The notes below the pieces were generated by a model. It saw nothing but the letters and a program-made list of their open reading frames with translations, was not told where the DNA came from and ran no database searches. A program made the translations under genes and the position numbers. Of a DNA stretch of 33,395 nt, positions 8,553 through 17,594 are shown one piece after another. Numbering within the stretch: position 1 is the first letter of the stretch; each line of letters starts with the position of its first letter. Location of the stretch: positions 1-33,395 of IMG/VR virus record IMGVR_UViG_3300020045_014702; one strand, 5' to 3'. The DNA comes from a virus. Lineage: Duplodnaviria; Caudoviricetes.

Positions 8553-9811
8553 TTTGTATGATCTGTTTTAGTTTCTTTATCTTCGCTTTTTACTAACTTT
8601 CCGTTTTCAGTTACTGTCTCGAATCCTGGAGTACTTCCTGTGTCCATTTTTTCAACTTTATCGTTCTGTCTCTTATAGACAGGAATTTCGGTATATTTTA
8701 ATTTCTTATAAGCGATTAATCGATGATTACCGTCTAAAATTTTGTTGTTTTCGTCAAGAACGATGGGATGTAGTTTTGTTCCTGATTTGATTTTATCTAT
8801 GATTTTATCGATCATCGATAAATCTTCATCCATATCGTTTCGCTTATACCAAGCGTAGGTGAGTTTATTGTTGATTTCTTCTAACGGAAGAGTCTGTTGA
8901 ATAAAAGAATCTGATTCTTTGATAAAAGCGGAACCGTCTTCAGATGAAGAGAGACCTTTATTCTGAGCGACGATATCTTTCCCCGATATCGCTTTCTCAT
9001 TTGAGTCGCTTTTTTCTTCACTATAGATATAATTCCATTCTCCATTCTTAAATTCTTTCCTTATATATTTGTGAGATCCGCCTTTCACAATCTCCTCCAA
9101 TACTTCAGTATCGGTTCCTTTTGCAAGTTCGAGAGCTTGATCGAATCCTTCTCCTTTTTCGATATTACAGACTCTACTAAATTCTTCCGGTGTGATTGCG
9201 TCGTTATCAAAAGCTCTAGTCACTAATTCGTAAGCAGCGACTGCTTTATGGATCTCAATAGTTTTGAAGAATACTGACTCATCAATTTTACCTTCATCGA
9301 ACGACGTAAGATTGTTTTGCCATGAAGTATATAAATCCTCTCCTATCGGAGCTACTTCTGGAAGTGTAGGAACTGGAGAAAGCGGTAATTTTGCGAGCGT
9401 ATCTTTGAGATCGAGCAATAGTTCATAATCATCGAGATCTTTCGGTTCTACCCATTGAATTCGATAGTGTTCGTCATTATCAAGTAATACTGCTGTTTGA
9501 CTGTAAACGAATCCTTCGTAGTACAGACTAACGCTATCTTTGCGATCTACTTTATCAAGATAGAATAACGGTACAGCTTTGTAGCCAGTTTCTTCTTCAA
9601 GTTCTCTGCCTGCAGCGAAGATCGGTTCTTCTCCGTCTTCAATGTGTCCGCCTGGTAGACACCATTTACCTGGTGCAAAATCGTCTTGGTATGAACGATG
9701 AAGTAGGCATATTCTGCCTTTCTCATCTCTGATTACACAGTCTGCGTAGTGAGTCTTGTTCTTTTTGAGAGCAAGTAGTTGTCCAATTCTATCTAGTGTT
9801 TTTTTAAACAT
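8543..9811 (-). CDS. Nudix hydrolase fused to a ParB/Srx-like domain
   Basis: Nudix box GGHIEDGEEPIFAAGRELEEETG; C-terminal PIVLDENNKILDGNHRLIAYKKL ParB-N motif; IEKG, LAKG and IVKG sites in the linker. Confidence 0.85.
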   Translation of the reverse strand: MFKKTLDRIGQLLALKKNKTHYADCVIRDEKGRICLLHRSYQDDFAPGKWCLPGGHIEDGEEPIFAAGRELEEETGYKAVPLFYLDKVDRKDSVSLYYEGFVYSQTAVLLDNDEHYRIQWVEPKDLDDYELLLDLKDTLAKLPLSPVPTLPEVAPIGEDLYTSWQNNLTSFDEGKIDESVFFKTIEIHKAVAAYELVTRAFDNDAITPEEFSRVCNIEKGEGFDQALELAKGTDTEVLEEIVKGGSHKYIRKEFKNGEWNYIYSEEKSDSNEKAISGKDIVAQNKGLSSSEDGSAFIKESDSFIQQTLPLEEINNKLTYAWYKRNDMDEDLSMIDKIIDKIKSGTKLHPIVLDENNKILDGNHRLIAYKKLKYTEIPVYKRQNDKVEKMDTGSTPGFETVTENGKLVKSEDKETKTDHTKWL

Positions 9812-9855
9812 ATTTCTATTTTGCGAGCATTGAGATAATGCGACTAGTTATAATT

Positions 9856-10608
9856 CTAATACTTAATCATTAATACTCCAGTAGCGGTTCTATATATAGT
9901 TCCATCAGCAAGTGCTGCTGCTTCTGCGTTATCAGCGAATACTTCTGTTACTATCTCTAGTCCTCTAGTATTATTTATCTTTACTAAATCAACTACGTAC
10001 GCTGAATTTCTAGCAATCGCTCCAGTCATTCCAGAATACGACGTTACGTTACTGGTTGCAATTAATGTAGTGTCGTCAATTATTGAGGCAATAGTAAATG
10101 TTATCGCTGGACCGCCAGACTGAGTAAACACATCTCCTGCCTTAAAGCTTAAAAAATTAGTCCCATCTCCCGAAACGTAATTAGTTCCAACACTTGTAAT
10201 AGTTCCAGTTAGAGATTCTGTAATATTTTGAATTAGAGTTGGGTTTTCTATTAATACAGTAGCTCCAATCAATTTAGTATTTGTTGATAAATTTCCAACA
10301 GTAGTCGTATTATCCAATATGGATGATCCAGTACTAATGTTTTTTATCATAGAGTAAGGAGTCGATTGAATCCTAGTATCTATCTTATTGACATTTATTG
10401 AATTCTCATCTCCATCGATTGTTACACCTAGTGCAGTATTTGATGTATTTTTAAAATTAGCAATCCCAGTAAATATTGGACTTGCTTTTGGAGCTTTTAG
10501 CGCAATCTTTTCATCTAATGTTTTACCTGCTCGCGCATCAAGTATGTACCCTGCTATAGTTTCTGTTAACGTGTTCTTAATAAAAGAACTAAGTGTTGGG
10601 AAAGTCAT
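9856..10608 (-). CDS. Putative virion fibre/decoration protein
   Basis: ILDARAGKTLDEKI and KAPKASPIFTG motifs common in phage fibres; Thr/Gly-rich beta content. Confidence 0.55.
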   Translation of the reverse strand: MTFPTLSSFIKNTLTETIAGYILDARAGKTLDEKIALKAPKASPIFTGIANFKNTSNTALGVTIDGDENSINVNKIDTRIQSTPYSMIKNISTGSSILDNTTTVGNLSTNTKLIGATVLIENPTLIQNITESLTGTITSVGTNYVSGDGTNFLSFKAGDVFTQSGGPAITFTIASIIDDTTLIATSNVTSYSGMTGAIARNSAYVVDLVKINNTRGLEIVTEVFADNAEAAALADGTIYRTATGVLMIKY

Positions 10609-10618
10609 ATCTTTTATT

Positions 10619-11041
10619 TTAAATTGTATTTATAAATTCGCCTTCGTTAGTTACGATAAAATCTCCATCTTCATCTATAAGAAGAGGTTGATCAGTTACG
10701 AATGCAGCATCTATCACTATATAGTTACCTAAGTCATCGAGTAAGAAGTTACCTAGATCATCTTTAAGAAATCCACTTATGTTTCGATAATCGTATTCAA
10801 TTAATAAATTATTGGCTTCGTCATAAATTGAAACTAACATTAAATTATTCTCGGCAAAAAACAGCATTTCGTTAAGAGTCCATTGTTTTTTGTCAAAAGA
10901 ATAGAATAAATGTTGCTCGAGATAAGTGTTTACTTTAACTGCTCCAATTAGAAAATTTTCATCAAGATCTTCTATGTTATATAGAAACGTCAAGATTTCA
11001 ACGTTTATATTATCTGCTCTTATGAAGATTATTTTTTTCAT
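10619..11041 (-). CDS. Hypothetical, probably virion-associated protein with LxD(D/E)xG repeats
   Basis: C-terminal repeats FLKDDLGNF, LLDDLGNYI, LIDEDGDFI, VTNEGEFI. Confidence 0.55.
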   Translation of the reverse strand: MKKIIFIRADNINVEILTFLYNIEDLDENFLIGAVKVNTYLEQHLFYSFDKKQWTLNEMLFFAENNLMLVSIYDEANNLLIEYDYRNISGFLKDDLGNFLLDDLGNYIVIDAAFVTDQPLLIDEDGDFIVTNEGEFINTI

Positions 11042-11063
11042 TCTCTAAAGATAACTCAATTAA

Positions 11064-12005
11064 TTACACCCAAACCTCTATTCCGCCTATGATAGCTTTT
11101 ATTTTAGGTCGCGGCCTTTTCAGTTGAGGTCGCTCTTTCTCGTCGTAGAGACTGAAATTATTCGTTTTTGGATCAAAAGCGTATCCTGGAGTTTTATAGT
11201 GAAGTGGACAGCGACAAAATGGGTGAATCTGTTCTAAGGTAGCTTTCCAGTCTGCTTGTTTGCGACCGATGTTACTTCCATTCGCTCTTAACTCACTTAA
11301 CTTGAAGGTTATCGGTTCGCTACCTAATCCCTTTGTAAGATACAATCCAATACAGTGTTTACAAGCTCCCATGAAAGGTTTCTTGTACACTAAAGGATCT
11401 CCGCTTACTTGTCTTTCGATTGCTGCTGCCTTACCGCTCTCAAATGCTGATTGTGACATATATTCGACTATGCGATCGAAATTTCTACTCCAGTCTCCTG
11501 TTTTACTCGCTATCTCATTAGCGATCTGACGGATTGTTTGCTTCTTCAATGTGCCTTCGACTACTTCTTTCTTCAAGAACTCTTCTTGAGCTTGTCGAGA
11601 GTTGTTGTCGAGTATTCCGTTCACATCTTGAAAAATCTTTCCTCCTAACCCTTTCAATGAACTTAGGTTCTGAGTTTTGATATGATTGATGGTCGCTTTC
11701 TCTTGTTCGGTTAGCGGAATATAATTTCCGCCTTTGATGTATTCTTTGAGATCGTCGTACGTTACTTTGCTGACTGATTTGATTGCTTCCAATGAATCAC
11801 TTAATAAGCCGAATGAGAAGCTCGAGAATACGGTATCGTTCTCCAATTGGTATAACTCATCCACTTTCACTCCATAATCGCTTAGAAGTGATTTATCGTA
11901 GTCAGTGAGAAATTCCGGACCAAATTCCTTCCCAATCATCACGTTTTGATTTCGCGAGATAATATTGAGAAGTTCATTGGTCTGAGTTGGAGATAAATTC
12001 AGCAT
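11064..12005 (-). CDS. MuF/SPP1 gp7-like head morphogenesis protein
   Basis: DWSRNFDRIVEY, ACKHC and HPFCRC motifs; lies between portal and protease. Confidence 0.8.
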   Translation of the reverse strand: MLNLSPTQTNELLNIISRNQNVMIGKEFGPEFLTDYDKSLLSDYGVKVDELYQLENDTVFSSFSFGLLSDSLEAIKSVSKVTYDDLKEYIKGGNYIPLTEQEKATINHIKTQNLSSLKGLGGKIFQDVNGILDNNSRQAQEEFLKKEVVEGTLKKQTIRQIANEIASKTGDWSRNFDRIVEYMSQSAFESGKAAAIERQVSGDPLVYKKPFMGACKHCIGLYLTKGLGSEPITFKLSELRANGSNIGRKQADWKATLEQIHPFCRCPLHYKTPGYAFDPKTNNFSLYDEKERPQLKRPRPKIKAIIGGIEVWV

Positions 12006-12009
12006 TTAA

Positions 12010-12336
12010 TTATCCGGCAGTTGTTGTAGTTGTGGTTGGAGCTGCAGTAGTCGTTGTTGTCGTGGGAGCTGCTGTCGTAGTAGTTGTGGTTGCGTTTACC
12101 AACGAAGCTGAAGAGTCTTGATCGCCTTCCAATAATTGAAGAGCGTTTGCTGTAGCGAATGCTTTGAATGCAGCAAGAGTGTTTGGAAGTTTTTGAAAAC
12201 CCTGGAATAAAGCTTCTTCAGCAGTATCCAAACCTTTGATTCCCATCACTGTGATATTTCCTGTGTTTGATCCTAAAAGATCAACTTGATATTCTACGCG
12301 AACTGTAGCTCCATCTGTGAAAGTTAATGATTTCAT
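12010..12336 (-). CDS. Small protein with Thr-rich repetitive tail
   Basis: C-terminus ATTTTTTAAPTTTTTTAAPTTTTTTAG. Confidence 0.7.
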   Translation of the reverse strand: MKSLTFTDGATVRVEYQVDLLGSNTGNITVMGIKGLDTAEEALFQGFQKLPNTLAAFKAFATANALQLLEGDQDSSASLVNATTTTTTAAPTTTTTTAAPTTTTTTAG

Positions 12337-12340
12337 ATTG

Positions 12341-12979
12341 TTATGTTGTTAGAATTTTATAATAGTGGTTTGTTTTAGTTATCCTTTCTTCGAGTCCAAT
12401 TGGAGTTCCTTTTGAGTTAGGATTGCCCAGATTGATCGCTTTCGATACTTTGATTATTGATGCTACATCTACTGTTTTACACAAACTCCATAAATTATTT
12501 GAATCAAAAAAGAATTTAGCTGACTCAAAAGCGTACTTAGTTGCTATCAATGAGGGATTGTTAATTATTTCCAAATCTCCAATCTTTTTAGCAAAAGCTG
12601 TTTGATTATCTTTTCCAGTTGTTTGGATCGGACCGTATCCTCGATGCTTCCATCCGTCACCACTTTCTTCACTGCCGTTTCCCATTCGATTCGCGTAAAC
12701 TCTGTTTGCTATCTTTTCAGGATTGCGTTGATAGAGTGAAGCTGTTTTGCGATCAAAATACTTACCGAAGGTTCCGAGTAATCCTTGAGATGAGTAATTA
12801 AGGTTTTCAGCTAGTCTTGTAAACGCTGTACTTTCGTGATCGCATTGTCCCATGAAATGAGATAATCCCTCAATCGTAGGAATCGACAAAACTTCTTTAA
12901 GTTTCAAAAGAGTTTTCTTCCCAATTTGTCCATCAGGAAGAAGTCCGTGTTTTATTTGAAAATCTTTAATCAATCCCAT
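12341..12979 (-). CDS. Endolysin, glycoside hydrolase family 19, with N-terminal peptidoglycan-binding motif
   Basis: HFMGQCDHES, ENLNYS, IANRVYANRMGNG, GDGWKHRGYGPIQTTGKDN; N-terminal FQIKHGLLPDGQIGKKT. Confidence 0.92.
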   Translation of the reverse strand: MGLIKDFQIKHGLLPDGQIGKKTLLKLKEVLSIPTIEGLSHFMGQCDHESTAFTRLAENLNYSSQGLLGTFGKYFDRKTASLYQRNPEKIANRVYANRMGNGSEESGDGWKHRGYGPIQTTGKDNQTAFAKKIGDLEIINNPSLIATKYAFESAKFFFDSNNLWSLCKTVDVASIIKVSKAINLGNPNSKGTPIGLEERITKTNHYYKILTT

Positions 12980-13266
12980 TATTTATCTCCTTTATTTTTT
13001 TTGTATTTCAAATCAGTTTTGATTTCAACAACGTTTCGATCTATTCTGTTAATGGCATCGTTCATCTCTTTTAGAGTTGTTTGGTAGTCGTTTAAGCGTT
13101 TGTCGTGTTGTGTATCTTTTTCGTCTCTGACTTGATCTTTTGCTGTATTTGCTTGGACATCGTTGCTTAGCGCCATGAAAATTCCTCCACCATAGATTAA
13201 TGCAGCAATAACCCATCCTATTACTACTTCGTTTTGCTTTACCCAGCTTGACGTTTTCTGTACCAT
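12979..13266 (-). CDS. Putative holin (single TM plus coiled coil)
   Basis: TM segment VVIGWVIAALIYGGGIFMAL and basic C-terminus; overlaps the endolysin start. Confidence 0.55.
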   Translation of the reverse strand: MVQKTSSWVKQNEVVIGWVIAALIYGGGIFMALSNDVQANTAKDQVRDEKDTQHDKRLNDYQTTLKEMNDAINRIDRNVVEIKTDLKYKKNKGDK

Positions 13267-13324
13267 TGTTTCAATATTTGAAGATTAAACTTTCGATCTG
13301 TTTACTACGATTGTTTAATCTTCT

Positions 13325-14128
13325 TTATTTAGCTCCTTGAAGCTTCTTTAGTTTTTTAGTTGACTCCTCTCCCATTCTCCTCTCTTCTTCAGAAGAGTAT
13401 TGCATATTAGTGATTTCCTTTGGATCAAGTTCTTCTGTTTCAATTGAAGAGTCGGCATTACCTCCTTCTCGATCTACCTCAAACATGTCGCCGTCTTCGT
13501 GTTCACGATCAGAGATTGTGCCTTTATGGTGTTTACCGGAATCGTCTTGGTAGTGGACTTTGTCGCCTGGTTTGAAGACTTTTTCTCCTGAGTCTGGATC
13601 AAGAGTGTCTATGTAGTGTTTGCCGTCTTCTTCTACGAAGTGGTCTGTAGCGTCTTTGTGAGTAGGTTTGGATTGAGTTTTATTTAGTATTTCAATAGCT
13701 AAATCTTTCATCTTTTCCTTATCTCCTCTTACAGATTGAAATTGAGCGCCTGTAATCTTTACTTTTTGAACTGTAGCGCCGCCTTCAAAAGTTGGAGTTA
13801 AAATTCTACCCCCATCTTCAGAAATCAACTCTCCTATCGAGTGAATGTCTTCTTTTTTGAAAGCAGCTTTCTTCTCTCCAACATGATGTTCTAATGCACC
13901 AGCTACGTGAGATTGAGCTTTTGAGCCAGTTCCCTTACCATGAAATTTCCATCCATCACTGGTTTTGATGTACTCTCTTCCTGCAAATGTGCGTTTTTCA
14001 CCGATCATAGCTCTCTTACCTCCTTTTTCAATATCGAGGATTTCTGCTTTGGTTAGTTCGCTTAATCCTTCATCTGTATTGAAAGAGTTTAATATTCTGG
14101 CTTTTTGAATTTCTTCGAAACTAGGCAT
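13325..14128 (-). CDS. Putative internal head protein with QKARIL...IEK/G leader and C-terminal SH3/KOW-like domain
   Basis: MPSFEEIQKARILNSF...LTKA...IEKGGKRAMIGEKRTFAGREYIKTSDGW; FKPGDKVHYQDDSGKHHKGTI near the C-terminus. Confidence 0.6.
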   Translation of the reverse strand: MPSFEEIQKARILNSFNTDEGLSELTKAEILDIEKGGKRAMIGEKRTFAGREYIKTSDGWKFHGKGTGSKAQSHVAGALEHHVGEKKAAFKKEDIHSIGELISEDGGRILTPTFEGGATVQKVKITGAQFQSVRGDKEKMKDLAIEILNKTQSKPTHKDATDHFVEEDGKHYIDTLDPDSGEKVFKPGDKVHYQDDSGKHHKGTISDREHEDGDMFEVDREGGNADSSIETEELDPKEITNMQYSSEEERRMGEESTKKLKKLQGAK

Positions 14129-14131
14129 AAA

Positions 14132-14371
14132 TTATATTGTTTTGAGGAATTTTACTATATCTAAAACTGTAGTGGAAAGCTCCTCCTTATATCTCTCTTT
14201 TGCAACGTTTTCGTATTGCTCGATAAGGGGATACTGAGGCTTCTCCTTGTGAACTGGCTTAACTACTGAAAAAGAAGTAGGTACAGGTCTCGTTTTATAG
14301 AGAAATGTACCGTCCTCTTGAGGAGTTGCTAGAAACTTACCTACTACTATGTCGCCATCTTTATTCAGCAT
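14132..14371 (-). CDS. Small hypothetical protein (head operon)
   Basis: Start moved to ATG 14371 (TAATG overlap with the upstream stop), giving MLNKDGDIVVGKFL..., 79 aa. Confidence 0.6.
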   Translation of the reverse strand: MLNKDGDIVVGKFLATPQEDGTFLYKTRPVPTSFSVVKPVHKEKPQYPLIEQYENVAKERYKEELSTTVLDIVKFLKTI

Positions 14372-15051
14372 TATTTGAGAATTAGTCCCGTTAGAACGAT
14401 TCCTCCGCCAAAATAGAACCATTTCTCGTTCCGACGCCACCAATTATTGTCTTTTTTGATTTGATCTCTGAGCTGTTGATTGATCCGGTTCTTCTCTGAT
14501 ATAGCGTCATCCTTTATAAAGATTTCTTTTTGCTTATTGGTTAGTTGTAGATTGGAATCGTGTAGTTGTCGAGAATATCCTTCTGCTTCCGAATCAAGCT
14601 CCCTACATTCTGATTTCAAAGAATCTGTTTGAGTGTAGAGTGAATCGTTGACTTGTTGTAGTTTTGAGATAGCAGAGTCGCATTTCTCAGAATGAGCTGT
14701 AGTATCGCTTTGGTAGTCGCTTACAGCAGTGTTCGCTTCTCCCTGTAGTTTTTTGATTGTTTTATCTTGTCGATTAACTACTGTTTGAAGACCGTCTGCT
14801 CGCTTTTTGTGGAATTCAGTTTTGATCGAATCAGCTCTTTTAATACTGTCTAACTGAATGTTGTCCTTTTTCAAATAGGATAGATCGACAGAATCTTTAT
14901 AATTCTTCTTCCATTGATCGATTTGCGTTTGTTCTACAAGTTGATTTGCGTTCTTTGATAGATGGTTATCGATAACGTTGAAAACGCTGAGAGAAATCAG
15001 TATACCAACGATAACGATCCAAACTCTATTTTTTGCGACGAACTCTTTCAT
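14371..15051 (-). CDS. Membrane-anchored coiled-coil protein, spanin candidate
   Basis: Start MKEFV at 15051. N-terminal TM, long coiled coil and hydrophobic C-terminus WFYFGGGIVLTGLILK; adjacent to a holin-like gene. Confidence 0.55.
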   Translation of the reverse strand: MKEFVAKNRVWIVIVGILISLSVFNVIDNHLSKNANQLVEQTQIDQWKKNYKDSVDLSYLKKDNIQLDSIKRADSIKTEFHKKRADGLQTVVNRQDKTIKKLQGEANTAVSDYQSDTTAHSEKCDSAISKLQQVNDSLYTQTDSLKSECRELDSEAEGYSRQLHDSNLQLTNKQKEIFIKDDAISEKNRINQQLRDQIKKDNNWWRRNEKWFYFGGGIVLTGLILK

Positions 15052-15052
15052 A

Positions 15053-15292
15053 TCAATTTTCTTTTTTGAGAATTTCTCCCTCTGAATTTGTGATGAACTG
15101 TTTAATGATGTATGCAACAAACGCTCCTACTGCAGCTAGAACTACTCCTTGCCAATTGAATGCTTCAAAGCTTGTTGCTGATTCAATGATACTTCCGAGA
15201 GAGGTAATTCCTGCTGTAAGCATAGCTACTATTAATCCCTTCCAAAAGTCAAACGTTTTTAGTTTCCCGAATTCTGATTTTTTTGTTGCCAT
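15053..15292 (-). CDS. Putative holin (two TM segments)
   Basis: 79 aa with two hydrophobic helices (GLIVAMLTAGITSLGSII; GVVLAAVGAFVAYII) and charged termini. Confidence 0.6.
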   Translation of the reverse strand: MATKKSEFGKLKTFDFWKGLIVAMLTAGITSLGSIIESATSFEAFNWQGVVLAAVGAFVAYIIKQFITNSEGEILKKEN

Positions 15293-15294
15293 AA

Positions 15295-16884
15295 TTATTC
15301 ACATAAAAGTTTTTCTAAATCGTTTTCTAAAGCTTTCATTATTGGATTATTTTCCTCGGCTTTTTGAGTATCCTCTTCTCCTTGTTGTTGTCCTCCACCT
15401 TCTTCTCCACCTTCCATAGACGACATCATAAGTTGAATGTACATTGGGTTCAATGGTACATCTCCATTTAGAAGTAGCGGTAGATTTCGTTTCGCACGAA
15501 TCTCATTAAGTGTAGAAAAATTCTGCAATCCCTTGATGTCGTTGTCGAGTTCTGTTTGAGCATCAACCTCTCCTTCTATACCAACGAATCTGAATTCGTA
15601 ATTTGGATCGATCTGAGAGATCAAGTATTTATTGATCCATAACTGAAGTCTTTTCAAAAGAGGCTTTAATCCCTTATCTTTGGAGTATTGTAATCTTGCT
15701 TCATTGTTACCTTCGAACATTGGGTGTGACTCTGCTGATCCTGACATTGGAAACCCAATCTCTGATGGATCGATTTTGTACATGGCACAAGTGATCTTGA
15801 TCAAGAACTCTTGATATCGCGACCACTCCATATCTTTATTTGATTGCTGAGTATTGATAAAATCCAATTTGTCAGCATTGATCATTGGAATTTTATGCAT
15901 GTTCTGTACTCCTGCTACCTGAGCTACCCATTGACGCTTGAAGTCTTCAACTGTGTTTGGGTTTATATTGCCTGAATAGCGAAGTATTCCTTTTGGAGCA
16001 GATCCTACTTTAAAGAAGTTTGCATTGTAGAAGTCAGCGTTTAAGAGTGCAGTAACGGTCTGAATCATATCTTCAAGCTCACTCTTACCGTATCCATTTA
16101 ATCGGATGTCGGTTTGAGGGTTACGAACTCCAAACATGAGCTCCCAAGGATAGAATTCTGCTAAGACTTTGTTTTGATAGATTTGAACGTACGATGGAGT
16201 GTAGCCTGAGATTTCTTTTTCTCCTTTTGTGTAGTCATCTTGTTCGTAGGAGTCAGCGATACGATAAGTAGCTCCGTCTGTTGCGAAGAAGTTTACTGGA
16301 ACTCCTCGTCTGTTACGAATGATCTCCGACGTACATTGGTCCAAGATAAGTGAGTCTCCCATCATTTTACTTACCCAAACATCAAAGGAGTCTTGTGACC
16401 AGAAGTTGCCAGTAGAGCCACAATTCATTATAAACGAATAGAGTTCGTCTATTTTAGCTTCCTCCTCTTTCGTTAATTTGACTTCTTGATCTTGTTGAAG
16501 TCTATAACCCTTTTTCTTTGAGATTACAAACCCTGTAGCGTATTTGTTTGCTTGAGGTTCGCAAAAGGACATTATTTGCTCTTTGCGAGTCTCAACTATG
16601 GCTTTCACAATAGGAGCTCTTCCCATCGCTCTCAATACATCAAAACTTAGATTGTATGGTTTTTGCTTATATCCTAAAGCAGTGGTCATATCGAGAGGAT
16701 CGACGATAATCGATTTGAAGTCGATATCCTCTCTCTTCTCAATTCCTTTAAGATAAGATTGAGCCTTCATTATCTCGTTCGCATCGTTAGATTTGAACGC
16801 TTTTTCAAGAGCTAAAGTCTTCTCAATTTGAAGTTTTTGTTCTTGTTGAAGGATGCTGTCTAGGGTTAATGATTGCTTTGCCAA
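15295..16884 (-). CDS. Portal protein
   Basis: VRNPQTDIRLNGYGKSELE, NANFFKVGSAPKGIL, DMEWSRYQEFL, YKIDPSEIGF, SKDKGLKPLL and TLNEIRA motifs; TTG start. Confidence 0.93.
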   Translation of the reverse strand: MAKQSLTLDSILQQEQKLQIEKTLALEKAFKSNDANEIMKAQSYLKGIEKREDIDFKSIIVDPLDMTTALGYKQKPYNLSFDVLRAMGRAPIVKAIVETRKEQIMSFCEPQANKYATGFVISKKKGYRLQQDQEVKLTKEEEAKIDELYSFIMNCGSTGNFWSQDSFDVWVSKMMGDSLILDQCTSEIIRNRRGVPVNFFATDGATYRIADSYEQDDYTKGEKEISGYTPSYVQIYQNKVLAEFYPWELMFGVRNPQTDIRLNGYGKSELEDMIQTVTALLNADFYNANFFKVGSAPKGILRYSGNINPNTVEDFKRQWVAQVAGVQNMHKIPMINADKLDFINTQQSNKDMEWSRYQEFLIKITCAMYKIDPSEIGFPMSGSAESHPMFEGNNEARLQYSKDKGLKPLLKRLQLWINKYLISQIDPNYEFRFVGIEGEVDAQTELDNDIKGLQNFSTLNEIRAKRNLPLLLNGDVPLNPMYIQLMMSSMEGGEEGGGQQQGEEDTQKAEENNPIMKALENDLEKLLCE

Positions 16885-16917
16885 AGTTGTAATTTTCTGT
16901 AAAGATAAGGAATTATT

Positions 16918-17295
16918 TTATAAACCTGCTTCTGATTTCAATTTTTCGATTTCAGCATCAAGTAACTCAAGTTGTTTGATGTGGTTTTGTTTATGTCCTT
17001 CTAAGACCTTCAATTTTTCCTCAATGGTGAGAGTTATTTTGAATTGAGCTACACCTTTTTCTTCTCTTGAAGTACAGAGTCCAAACAATTGAAGTCCAAC
17101 TATCATTCGAGCCGCTTCCTGAGAACTTTTGACTCCTGTCTTTTGATTAACATCTTTTACTCGAAACCACTTGTCTTTGAATGTTGCTTTGAGAGTGTAG
17201 GCCATCGCTATATGCATCTCTCTGTTCTTCGGATTGCTAACGTAAGCTTTTACTACTTCCTCATCTGTGAGGTTTGGAATTTCTTGATCTGCCAT
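16918..17295 (-). CDS. Hypothetical protein (possible winged-helix plus coiled coil)
   Basis: Co-oriented 125 aa ORF with ATG start and A-rich leader. Confidence 0.6.
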   Translation of the reverse strand: MADQEIPNLTDEEVVKAYVSNPKNREMHIAMAYTLKATFKDKWFRVKDVNQKTGVKSSQEAARMIVGLQLFGLCTSREEKGVAQFKITLTIEEKLKVLEGHKQNHIKQLELLDAEIEKLKSEAGL

Positions 17296-17326
17296 TTTGC
17301 AATTTTATTGATTTGAATTTAAAATT

Positions 17327-17363
17327 ACGGTCGGACAAATCTTTCGATTACTGGTCCGACCGT
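17327..17363 (-). terminator. Strong hairpin (terminator or structured leader)
   Basis: ACGGTCGGAC-CAGT-AATC-GAAA-GATT-T-GTCCGACCGT followed by AATTTT. Confidence 0.55.
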
Positions 17364-17542
17364 TTCTGAAATTGTTTACTAATTAAAAAGTCCTTTTCAC
17401 ACCTGATTGATTTTTGAATTGTTAATTTTCTGTCATGTCTTCTTGAACTTCTTCACTTCTTACCTGAGATACAAATTTCTTCCCCATTTTCATAAGCGTT
17501 CTGTTTGACTGTTTGAATTATGTTTCTTTTAACTTTGGATTG

Positions 17543-17584
17543 GGAAGGTAGATCTTTAATCCTTACTCAGCAACAGTCGTCTGT
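17543..17584 (-). promoter_or_regulatory. Repeated phage promoter, class 2
   Basis: ACAGACGACTGTTGCT (17569-17584) is identical to 27128-27143; TTG-N20-TACCTTCC. Confidence 0.55.
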
Positions 17585-17594
17585 GTTTTGAAGG

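Noticed and set aside
14372-14443. Longer start for 14132..14443 as an embedded o-spanin
   Set aside because: There is no lipobox or signal peptide; the TAATG-coupled ATG at 14371 is the better start.
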